From: Octopus bimaculoides
Taxonomy: Eukaryota
DNA: 53,077 nucleotides
Direction: 5' to 3'
Assembly: GCF_001194135.2 (NCBI RefSeq)
Contig: NC_068982.1
Span: 153,069,623 to 153,122,699, forward strand
Positions 1-10,470 of this stretch are shown in pieces. The notes under the pieces are model-generated. The model was given only the letters and a program-made list of their open reading frames with translations, was not told the origin of the DNA and did not search any database. Within the stretch, counting starts at the first letter, position 1; every line of letters begins with the position of its first letter. The translations under genes were made by a program, and so were the position numbers.

Positions 1-114
1 TTTCAATACAGTAAACATAAGAGCACCACAGCAAACCACAGCACATACCCAAGGCGCACGGAGCTGCGCTCGGTAGTGAAGTGAAAGCACGTTATAAAAA
101 TAAAACTACTGAAC
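1..114 (+). mobile_element. Probable 3' UTR/tail of an R4/Dong-type non-LTR retrotransposon (window-truncated)
   Basis: Unique sequence running directly into an (AAT)n tail. Resembles, from memory, the 3' end of a common octopod R4-like LINE. No coding part lies inside the window. Confidence 0.35.

Positions 115-207
<93 letters not shown>
115..207 (+). repeat. Compound (AAT)n-(AAG)n microsatellite
   Basis: Directly visible. Confidence 0.98.
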
Positions 208-209
<2 letters not shown>

Positions 210-273
210 CAAGATGTTTTGGGACTTTAACTTTCAGACTGAGAAAGTAATGAAAGCTAGAAGGCATGATTTG

Positions 274-329
<56 letters not shown>

Positions 330-333
330 TTTA

Positions 334-427
<94 letters not shown>

Positions 428-845
428 ATAAAGAAAGTAGAATGTGCCAGATAATTGACTTTACAGTCCCAAATAACGAACACCTTAACGTGAGAGGTAT
501 AGTAAAAATAACAAAATACCAGGACGTAGGTATTGAAATACAGAGACTATGGAAAATGCGAGTAAAAGTATCCCAGTAGTTATAGGTGCATTGGGAACTA
601 CCATTAAATATCTGTACAAATGGAGAGATGAAATAAGCATACAACCCATAAAATAGGCATACACCTCCAGAAAAGTGTTATTAGGGACAGCTAGCATACT
701 TAGAGGGCTCTTGGCATCTAAGGTTACTTGCTGTCACCCTATAGAAGGGTTCTTGGCATCTAACGCTACTTATTGTAGCCCGATGTTCTGATTCTTTTCC
801 TTTTCGACAGGTTGAACCGTTCAGTGTATATAAAAATAATACTAT
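208..845 (+). mobile_element. 5'-truncated R4/Dong-like non-LTR retrotransposon: restriction-like endonuclease (RLE) domain plus 3' end, decayed
   Basis: Translates YKMFWDFNFQTEKVMKARRHDLV[repeat]VDKESRMCQIIDFTVPNN...KITKYQDVGIEIQRLWKMRVKV. After a frameshift it continues IPVVIGALGT...VLLGTASILRGLL. This matches the R4/Dong C-terminal pattern WDFxIQTD...RPDIVVVDK...IID.AVP...KITKYQDL..EI.RLW...IPIVIGALG...LGTA.ILR. Confidence 0.85.
273..427 (+). repeat. (GTA)n-(TTA)n-(GTA)n microsatellite inside the RLE coding region
   Basis: Directly visible. In frame with ORF 214-579. Confidence 0.97.
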
Positions 846-1429
846 AATTTTAGGACACCAAAGTCAGGACAGAAGTCGATGCAGAAGTATATAGTTATAT
901 AATATATACCGTGCTGCAAACAGAAATGTGTATATATATATATAGCCTTTAGCAGAACAAGTATACAGAGGGCTATATATAGATACTGAAATATCTACAG
1001 AAAAGTACTAAAATGTTATTAAAAGTGAATGTTATACGTAGATTCGTAGACATTGAATACGTTTCAGCTAAGATATTTCATTGCTGTTATGTAATTCTCA
1101 AATAAAAGTAATTCTAGACAAATAAAATATATTTGAATATAAATTGATAATTTTGTTTGAATAAAGATATGCAAATTGAATATTTTGCAATGAATTCATA
1201 TAACCTTTATCGACAAATTCAAATGAAAATGCATAGATTCATTTCGAAAATATTCCCTAAGAATGTCTTTATCCGGATATTCTTATTTAAAGAATGAAAA
1301 TTCAAGTAACTACCTTCTGATTCAAAATATTGAACAATATGATATAGAATTTTAAAATGAATTTTTCGTGTGTTAAAGATAAAACAAATGTTTAATTGCA
1401 AATGAAATTTTCCCAGAAAATTCGATTTG

Positions 1430-2300
1430 TTCCACTAGAAGTTATTTGGTTTCGGAATCCATTCTGTGGATTCCGAAACTATCATTTGAGATCTATTATC
1501 TACAAGCTTCCATAATATATGGTGACTGCAGAACAAATCACATCATTAAATATACATTTTAAGAAGATTTCAAGAGGAAAGGGCTGCACCGATGACTTCA
1601 CCAGCCTTCACAGTCTTTGAAATTAGTGCAGTGAATCGTCAGGTTGAATGTCTTAAAATCTATTAACTGAAGGTAAAAGGCGCGTGTAGATGATATTTCT
1701 GCGCGCTGAGTTCCTGGTGATGTAATCCCTAAGTTCCAAGGAACAGAGGGCATTATAGTAATGGCAGAAAATACAGCACTGGAGGCACAATGTGAGTGAC
1801 TGCTTGTCAACCAGTCAGAGTGTTTTCTTTTCGACGCAGTGAAACGTTTGTGTGTGTAGCAGGAGCAATATCCAAAACTAGGAACAAAATTGTTCTCTTG
1901 AGATTTGCAGAGATTCAGCAACTGTTTAGAGAAGAATATAGTTTGCAACTATGACAGTTTTAATTAAACGTTGTCAAGAATTGAGTCAATGGAAAATAAA
2001 GTTATTCTCTTGATATGCGCAATGATTCTTTCTTTGTGCAGTTAAAGGAGGCAAAATTGATCTTTCCTTATTCGAGATATTTCCGAAATGTTTCTTCAAA
2101 AAGTGTACATTTGGTATGAGATAATTAACATCCTGGTAAAGAGAGCCTGTATGCAGGAGTGAGATGTCAATAGTGGTGTAAGCTACATGGAAGTGACTAT
2201 TATTATAAATGATAGTGGATAGGTTATTTATGTACAAAAGTGTGGGCAACATCACAAAATAAGATCAAAGGAACTGGTCCTGTGGCGCAATATTTAAAGT
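1430..2300 (-). mobile_element. Heavily decayed LINE ORF2 (reverse transcriptase) relic, CR1/L2-like
   Basis: Broken minus-strand frames give KAGEVIGAAL..., SHHILWKL and DNRSQMIVSESTEWIP, resembling GEVVD.VFLDFSKAFD.V.H..L.KL ... SNRSQRVVVNG.SS.W.PV. Many stops and frameshifts. Confidence 0.35.
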
Positions 2301-3429
2301 TATTGAAAAAGAATTACTTATGATAGATTGCTTTATTGAATTAAAATGACCATAGGATATTTTCGTACTTCATGTATATGTAACCGTGATGGTGAGATTA
2401 TTTGAGAGAAGAAAATAAAAATCTGTCAGGCATTTGATGTGTCTGTGCAATAAGAAGTCGCATGAAAATTTGATTGCAAATGTGGGAACATTCTCTATGA
2501 CATTTCGTCATGTGGATATACTATAGTTTAGGAGTATAAGTTAAAAGGTTGTAGAAAGATGGTAGAGATACTTTAATGACAGTTTAGGAGGAAGTAAAGA
2601 TTGTAGTTCGCGATTTATTTAACATTTTACGTTGGTAATTTCCGAGACGTTTAGCGATGCATTAAAAGCCATTTGGTTTGTAGGGTTAGGTGAATTTTTA
2701 CAAGGTGCCGTAAACAGCAATCTTTGCGGTTCAGCTACACGTGATTCACTTTGGATTCGTGTTAATGGGTGTAGGTTTTCGTTGTGTACTGGATATAATG
2801 GACCAAGCTCTCGGTCAACTGCGTAACAGAATTTCTTTGGAGTGGTCAGAGATGAAATAGAATTTGTTCCGAGGAAAACTTACATAGCAGAGTGAAGAAA
2901 CTATTATTTAGCTTCATTCATGTTTCATAGAATTAACATCGTTACGTTAGATGAGTTAAATATGATTATAATTCAATTATACATTTTTCACTAATTAATA
3001 GAATCGTTAACCTAAGAAGGTTATGATAGCGCTTCGTCCAACTGAAAGTGAAAACCTTTGAACACAGGTACCCTATTGCTGTATGATTTGCTATTTTTAA
3101 ATACATTCCTTACTTAATGTGAAATAATAGGATAAAGTAGTTTAAATACTGCATATTACAGTAAGAATTAACTGTAAGAATTCGTATAATTTGATTGGAA
3201 ATTTGAGATGTAAAACATATGTGGTGGATTTTTACATATGTACATAAGTTTCCCTCAGCTTTTAAGGTATACATATCAATATGTGTAAAAATACAATAAA
3301 TTATAAACAATGAAATATAAAAGAATAGAACATATTAGAAATATGTTTATTGACTAAATCAAATGCATAGCAAGATGCCGCTTAAAGGTACATATGTTCA
3401 AGATTGAACTTTGATACCAGAGATTCTGA

Positions 3430-3925
3430 AATCTATCACAGCAGACACCTAGACAAATGACTGGTTTGCACTACCCTTAGTATAAACTCCAACGCATATT
3501 GTACCCCTACACAAACCACATGCACACATAAAGGCCCCACGGACATAACCAATGCACACACGACAGAAAACACACTGACGAACACAGATTGTGTATGCCC
3601 ACACCCTCTACAGGTTATAGAACCACTACACAAATTCCATTTCCACAATAAAACCAACATTAAGGACACACATTTCCCACAAACTTTTATAGAAAACTCT
3701 TACCGACTTGTAACATAACCAGCCCAGTGGCGATGTTTTGGTACAAGAGGCACATCTCGTAGCTCAATCCCCTACTTATTTCGTTTCATTCATCTCCAAC
3801 TATCAGTAGCCATATTTCATTCCATATCGGCTTCCTCTGATGAGCGCTTGGGTACATAGACAGATTGTTACTTAACACTACGTTGAATCTCTAGCGCTAA
3901 ACCGATTCGAAGGATCGGACGTAAT
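3430..3925 (+). mobile_element. 3' terminal region (pseudo-LTR-like) of a Penelope-like element
   Basis: Homologous by eye to the reverse complement of about 37120-37600, the 3' region of a GIY-YIG PLE (shared accactacac, cccacaaac, aactctta, ttccatatcggct..ctctgatgagcg). Ends in the same hammerhead motif. Confidence 0.65.
3833..3914 (+). ncRNA. Degenerate type I hammerhead ribozyme motif
   Basis: CTGATGA at 3837-3843. Stem II gcgct(3844-48)/agcgc(3893-97). TAAA replaces GAAA at 3898-3901, followed by ccgattcg. Stem I tcct(3833-36)/agga(3911-14). The core U16.1 appears deleted, so probably inactive. Confidence 0.6.
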
Positions 3926-4503
3926 GGATATTTCAGATACGATATATGCATTTCATATGTACATAAGTACATTTTAGATACGATATATATATATATATAT
4001 ATATANNNNNNNNNNNNNNNNNNNNNNNNNNNNNNNNNNNNNNNNNNNNNNNNNNNNNNNNNNNNNNNNNNNNNNNNNNNNNNNNNNNNNNNNNNNNNNN
4101 NNNNNNNNNNNNNNNNNNNNNNNNNNNNNNNNNNNNNNNNNNNNNNNNNNNNNNNNNNNNNNNNNNNNNNNNNNNNNNNNNNNNNNNNNNNNNNNNNNNN
4201 NNNNNNNNNNNNNNNNNNNNNNNNNNNNNNNNNNNNNNNNNNNNNNNNNNNNNNNNNNNNNNNNNNNNNNNNNNNNNNNNNNNNNNNNNNNNNNNNNNNN
4301 NNNNNNNNNNNNNNNNNNNNNNNNNNNNNNNNNNNNNNNNNNNNNNNNNNNNNNNNNNNNNNNNNNNNNNNNNNNNNNNNNNNNNNNNNNNNNNNNNNNN
4401 NNNNNNNNNNNNNNNNNNNNNNNNNNNNNNNNNNNNNNNNNNNNNNNNNNNNNNNNNNNNNNNNNNNNNNNNNNNNNNNNNNNNNNNNNNNNNNNNNNNN
4501 NNN

Positions 4504-4573
<70 letters not shown>

Positions 4574-4591
4574 GTGTATGTTTGTGTGTTA

Positions 4592-4733
4592 GACACCGCT
4601 GTCTAATTGCAGAAATGGGAGCCTATTGTGGTTACACAGAAATAATGTAGTTAGTATGTATATGTATGTATATTCCGTGCTAAACGATTAAATATTTCGT
4701 TCATTACAAACAATTAATATTGTATAGATTTAT
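4592..4733 (+). repeat. 142-bp direct repeat, copy 1
   Basis: Matches 5869-6010 with 2 mismatches in an ungapped manual alignment. Confidence 0.97.
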
Positions 4734-4902
4734 GCTGGTGTGTTTACGTCCCCGTAATGTAGCGGTTCTGCAAAAGATAACAATAGTATAAGTACTAGGC
4801 TTACAAAGAATAAGTCCTAGGGTTGATTTGCTCGACTAAAGGCGGTACTCCAGCATGGCTGCAGCCAAATAACTGAAACAAAGAAAAGAATAAAAGAGTA
4901 TA
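4734..4902 (+). mobile_element. 3' half of an octopod tRNA-derived SINE (OK/OR-type)
   Basis: gctggtgtgtttacgtccccgtaa...taagtactaggcttacaaagaataagtcc...gctcgactaaaggcggtactccagcatggc...actgaaac...aaagaataaaagag. Homologous to the SINE tails at 26126-26465 and 35617-36130. Confidence 0.85.
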
Positions 4903-4917
4903 TATGTATATATATAC

Positions 4918-4990
<73 letters not shown>

Positions 4991-4997
4991 CGTGAGT

Positions 4998-5062
4998 AGG
5001 GGTTGATTTCTTCGAACATGGCCTCAGTCAAATGACTGAAAGAAGTAAAAGAATAAAAGAAT
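4998..5062 (+). mobile_element. Second, internally deleted SINE tail fragment
   Basis: gggttgattt...catggcctcagtcaaatgactgaaagaagtaaaagaataaaagaata. Confidence 0.7.
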
Positions 5063-5214
5063 ATATATAATTTTTCTTCATCTTTCCACTGACCACTTTT
5101 TTTCTATTTTACACGAAGCAAAATTATATAAACTAGTATGGAGACATGTAGAGGCCAACATGAAATCTATCACGTCAAACTTGAAACATTCACTGTAAAA
5201 CTAATGTTATATTT

Positions 5215-5335
5215 CCAATTATTCTGTTATTCTTTTATTGATCTTCGACTGTGCTGGGGTACCGCCTTCAGGAGTTTAGTCGATTATATCGACCATAATG
5301 CTTTGTCTGGTAATTATTTAATCGAACACTAAATA
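5215..5335 (-). mobile_element. Decayed SINE tail, reverse orientation
   Basis: Reverse complement gives cgactaaactcctgaaggcggtaccccagcac...aataaaagaataacagaata. Confidence 0.65.
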
Positions 5336-5868
5336 TCGATTGGTTAAGTCCTGCAATGGAAAGTAACCCAATAACTAATTACCAGAAGATACTTGTGTCG
5401 ACGCACCTAGTACCTATTTACAACCTAAACATTCACTCACACAAAAGCACATGCCCATACACGCACATACACGCGCGCACATATATACACACTCAATAAA
5501 TATATATATTTATCATGCCCTCTGCTCTGTAAACGACGTGTGTGTTTGTTTACGAGTTCTGTTTTTATCCCAATTAACCATTGACCTACCGTTTACTACC
5601 TCTATGCACTCGTCCCTGTCTGAAACCGGTTCACCATCACAGTTTAATTTTAGCAAAAGTTGAGCGGAGCAGACATGTGTACAATGTTGGGCCCCAACTT
5701 TGTTAACTTTGTTATACTACGCTCTGAAATCCAAACATTTGCATGTTTTTCTAGGCTGACTGCAACGATATTCTTCTGTCATGTGTATAAGTGTATTAGT
5801 TCAAATTCATTTAAAGGAAGGTTACTCAGCATTTTATATGCTGTATCATACTTTTGGCACAAAATATC

Positions 5869-6010
5869 GACACCGCTGTCTAATTGCAGAAATGGGAACC
5901 TATTGTGGTTACACAGAAATAATGTAGTTAGTATGTATATGTATGTATATTCCGTGCTAAACGAATAAATATTTCGTTCATTACAAACAATTAATATTGT
6001 ATAGATTTAT
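5869..6010 (+). repeat. 142-bp direct repeat, copy 2
   Basis: See 4592-4733; offset 1277 bp. Confidence 0.97.
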
Positions 6011-6845
6011 TTGTTACTTGAATATTATTAGGCGGCTTTGCTAATAATATTTTCCCCCATTTCCCACGAGCACTTGCTATTCGTTTTTGTTTTACTTGAA
6101 GCATGGAAGCCTTCTTATTCTCTCACCAAATCTTGGATCTCTTCCTTTGTTCAACTTTTACCTCAGTGATCTGACACGCTCGCATCACTTTTCTTTCTCT
6201 CTTACCTATCATATATACACAAAAATATATATCGTTTGAATACCTGCAATTTTCCAACCGGAAATAATGTGTAAATGTGTATGTTTTATAAGAAATATTG
6301 ACGTATAATGAATAAATTGATACACATAACAGTTTATTAATAAAACGTTTGGAAATATGAAGTAAAGGGACGGAAAAAACACGTCGATTAACAAAAGGCG
6401 CTGAATTCGAAAGGCAAAAATAAATTCCGGTAGTTTGAGAAATTGAAATATAAAGTGAAAGTTTGGAAGGAATGGAAGATATTTAAGAAAAACTGAATGC
6501 AGATAGTAAACATCGACGCCACTGGAGTTGCGATATCTCTCTGAAACCTCCCCACAATACAACCCCCACTACGTCCAGTTCAACACCCTTTAAAAATTCC
6601 AAAGTTAATGAATATGACACAAAATGTTGAGGCAATTTATATTTCAAATGGAAAATATTACTGAATTTTGTGCCCTGCTTATCACATTTTCCTGACAGAA
6701 ATCATACATTCTGCTGTTCTCCAGCTCACAATATATCTTGTTCTAAATACAACCCTCCTCTACGGAACTGACTGCATACAGCGTTCCAACTTATTATCCC
6801 AGTGCACAACCACATCATTGCTGTCATTAACCAACAAACTCAACT

Positions 6846-6982
6846 CAATAATAATCCCGAGAGTACGAGGCCTTTCAGACTTCACAAATAAAACAAAAGC
6901 ATCATATTTTAGAGCGGCCTTACACAGCAAGATACCTTGTACAGTGAAATATAAATGACGTAGTTTTGTGAATGCTAGATTC
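6846..6982. repeat. 137-bp inverted repeat, left arm
   Basis: Reverse complement aligns ungapped to 8359-8495 with about 13 mismatches (about 90%). Confidence 0.95.
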
Positions 6983-7811
6983 CGAATATCAGTAGTGAGA
7001 AATCCCAGACGCTGTTACTCAAACTCTAAACTTTTCATTTAAATTCATATTCTGCCTCTTGATGTCACCAAAGAGCATCAAACTCATCTCTGGTACATCC
7101 AGAAAAGCTAGGCAAGTAACCGAAATAATCATTTAAGACATGTTCCATCTCTCACAAATCAAAGGCTACAATCCAAGACCACCCAAAGTTCTCTCTAAAC
7201 ACTTTAATCTTTCCCTCTCTACAGGGATCTTTACTGATCACTTGAAACATCCATATCCAATTTCTGCACCAAATCTCTAAAATAAAATATGAAAAAAGAA
7301 GGATTACATGAGGTTACATCTTACATGCGATAACATCTTACTATACACTTGCATCGTTAACTACATTCAAGAGCAGTCATGCACATCGATTCCCAAGTCA
7401 CAAATGCACTGTGATGACACAATGCCTATTTTACCATAACAACAGCGGTCTCACAGGTAACTAGCTGTGTAAAGCTTCTCTCAAACTTTCACCTCTATAC
7501 TCGTTTCTCCTCGTAATTCTTTATCCAAGCGGTATCTGAACCTTTGTAGAAATGACACTAACCACTATGTATAATAGCTAAAGACCGGAGATTTAATCCA
7601 CAAAATTTCCTTTCCTTTTCAATTTTAGATGCCGATATTGGTCTACCAACGGGCAACTAAACATTGATAACACGAATGTTATTAAACTCGTGGATCTACA
7701 AATATAGTTATACCGCCTTGTTGACTATCTATTAAACAAATAAATTTGCACTTCAGCTGTATATATTTAATGACCGTTTCTTTAATATCGATTCAGTTTT
7801 ATTGGAGCGAT

Positions 7812-7814
<3 letters not shown>

Positions 7815-7898
<84 letters not shown>
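7815..7898 (+). repeat. (GA)n microsatellite
   Basis: Directly visible. Confidence 0.99.
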
Positions 7899-7900
<2 letters not shown>

Positions 7901-8358
7901 TGCGTCTTGAAATATCTAACAATTAATTAGGAAACTAACATTTCATAAGTAAATATACAAGCTGCCTCCTGTACGTTCCTGATTTCTAATTAAATAGTTC
8001 TCTTTATATCTTATAGAAGATTAGCCAGGCAACACTCAATAACAATAAAACAGGTGGAAATAAGTTACGTAAGAGAAATATTACGTGGTGAAACACTCAT
8101 TTCAGAATTTGTGAAGTTTCATATGTTGCCGAATTTTCTTTATGGCATTGACGGAATAATCTTCCATTCTAATAAATATAGTAAAATCTTTATTAGACGA
8201 ACAATTAATTTTGTGCAATCTACCACATGAAATCTAGCTTATAATATAGTAGTAATTAACAGTAATAAATTAAACAGGATTAGTAGTAAGGAACGTACCT
8301 TTATTTATTCAAATAACAAAGAAAGCAAAGTCCAAAATCCACTGTGAATATTATATCT

Positions 8359-8495
8359 GAATCTAGTATTCACAATACTATGCCATTTATATTTCACTGT
8401 ACAAGGTCTCTCGCTGTGCAAGGCCTCTCTAAGATATAATGCTTTTGTTTTATTTGTGAAGTCTGAAAGGGCTCGTACGCTCGAGATTATTATTG
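8359..8495. repeat. 137-bp inverted repeat, right arm
   Basis: See 6846-6982. Confidence 0.95.
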
Positions 8496-8574
8496 GTGGT
8501 TGGTGTTGTGTGAGAGCTAGAAGTTTTTATTTTTTAATTTTTCATTTCTATTGCCAGATTCATCATAACTAAAA

Positions 8575-8811
8575 ATGAATTTTCGTGTTTCGGGAGGGGT
8601 TGTTGTATGCAGTTGGTATGTTTGCACTGTTGAATATGGTTGTCGTTATATTGTTTCCAGCTTTGATATTACTATTGTACCCAGTAGATATCTGATTGAT
8701 ATCTGGGTTTCGATGAAAGTCTGGACCAACACTGCCACCGTAAGGGTTTTTTCTACTGTGGATTTGGTAGTAGTTTGGTGTCATGCTTTTACTAGTGCAT
8801 CAGTCTCTGGA

Positions 8812-8815
<4 letters not shown>
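8575..8815 (-). mobile_element. Decayed R4/Dong-like LINE fragment (region around the CCHC zinc knuckle preceding the RLE)
   Basis: Mosaic frames PETDALVKA*HQ / NYYQIHSRKN / QTFIET / QTYQLHTTTPPET resemble PETEGFIIAAQDQ..TRNYQKHI.KN...C..C....ET..H....C....YQLPTT...HTPE. Confidence 0.45.
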
Positions 8816-8860
<45 letters not shown>

Positions 8861-9501
8861 NNNNNNNNNNNNNNNNNNNNNNNNNNNNNNNNNNNNNNNN
8901 NNNNNNNNNNNNNNNNNNNNNNNNNNNNNNNNNNNNNNNNNNNNNNNNNNNNNNNNNNNNNNNNNNNNNNNNNNNNNNNNNNNNNNNNNNNNNNNNNNNN
9001 NNNNNNNNNNNNNNNNNNNNNNNNNNNNNNNNNNNNNNNNNNNNNNNNNNNNNNNNNNNNNNNNNNNNNNNNNNNNNNNNNNNNNNNNNNNNNNNNNNNN
9101 NNNNNNNNNNNNNNNNNNNNNNNNNNNNNNNNNNNNNNNNNNNNNNNNNNNNNNNNNNNNNNNNNNNNNNNNNNNNNNNNNNNNNNNNNNNNNNNNNNNN
9201 NNNNNNNNNNNNNNNNNNNNNNNNNNNNNNNNNNNNNNNNNNNNNNNNNNNNNNNNNNNNNNNNNNNNNNNNNNNNNNNNNNNNNNNNNNNNNNNNNNNN
9301 NNNNNNNNNNNNNNNNNNNNNNNNNNNNNNNNNNNNNNNNNNNNNNNNNNNNNNNNNNNNNNNNNNNNNNNNNNNNNNNNNNNNNNNNNNNNNNNNNNNN
9401 NNNNNNNNNNNNNNNNNNNNNNNNNNNNNNNNNNNNNNNNNNNNNNNNNNNNNNNNNNNNNNNNNNNNNNNNNNNNNNNNNNNNNNNNNNNNNNNNNNNN
9501 N

Positions 9502-9559
<58 letters not shown>

Positions 9560-9879
9560 GACCTATTAATAGTTTCCTGCTTTTATAAGACTTGAACAGG
9601 TATATTCATAATATACGCCATGGATCTTGAAGCAATCTTTGAGGCCCTGTTTATGAGTTATATGTATTTTAAAAGCGGGGACGCTGGATACCGAGAAAAT
9701 AGGAAAAACCGAGAAAAACACGTGATGTAGGTTGATGCAAAATATGGAACAAGGAAACGGAAAGGAAATCAAGAGTACTATGATACTCGTCCATCCTGAA
9801 TGCAAAAATTTCATTAAGTACAACTAGTATAGAACAAAATAACATAAAATGTGTTAAAGTCTGCGACAGAGCAACTCAA

Positions 9880-10470
9880 TCTGGAGTGGGTGGTGTCCTT
9901 CAATTCAATAAAAGAAGCCTATCCATGTTTACAGCTGCGAAAATTTTCAGACCTTGAATGAGGCAGTGTGTTTGAATTGCTGGATCTAAGAAGAATATGA
10001 GATCTCTCTGCTACGCAGAAGTTTTATTTCTTAGATCCATTAACATAAGGCTTGGATTTATCCGCTATTTTCCACTTAATTGTATGTGGTGTGAAGTTAA
10101 TCCTCGAATTCCATATCTAGTTAACCAACTTAGTTGCATCACTTTTATCGACGTGCAGGAAAGAAGATAGGTGGTTTTCATAACGTTTCTTGAATTAGCC
10201 CTCAAATGACACAATGTATCTCTTCTTTTCAATTGATTTATCTCGAAGCGTAGCTGTAACTTCAGTCTCGTATGCGACGGAGTTTGTCATACACGCCTGG
10301 TCAAGTAGGCAAGCTTTAGGGTTTCAACAGTTACAACAGGGATTCGTCTATTGGTAATTTTTACCAGTTATAATGTCCTTCATAGTGGGCAACAGCTGTA
10401 TGATATTTTAATTGAGCGTATGGGCTAAAGATGATACGTGCTAACATCCAATAAGTTAGCATGGTACTGT
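9880..10470 (-). mobile_element. Penelope-like element fragment: GIY-YIG endonuclease domain, decayed
   Basis: Minus strand reads IKISYSC..., CCNC*NPKACLLDQACMTNSVAYETEVT, RRYIVSFEG*FKKRYENHLSSFLHVDKSDATKL, IWNSRINFTPHTIKWKIADKSKPYVNGSKK*NFCVAERSHIL. Collinear with the PLE pattern KISYSCMPN...CNCR...CPL.G.C....VVY.A.V...YIG.TEG.FK.RY.NH.SSF...TELSKYIW...IKWKI...Y.NGSK.CNLC..EK..IL. Confidence 0.88.

Noticed and set aside
1761-1797. ATG...MAENTALEAQ followed by a GTGAGT donor (apparent first exon)
   Set aside because: It lies antisense within the decayed LINE RT relic and has no linked downstream exon.
2185-2240. WK*LLL*MIVDRLFMY resembling a Cys-loop receptor M4 motif
   Set aside because: Too short, contains two stops, has wrong spacing, and no other receptor motifs lie nearby.
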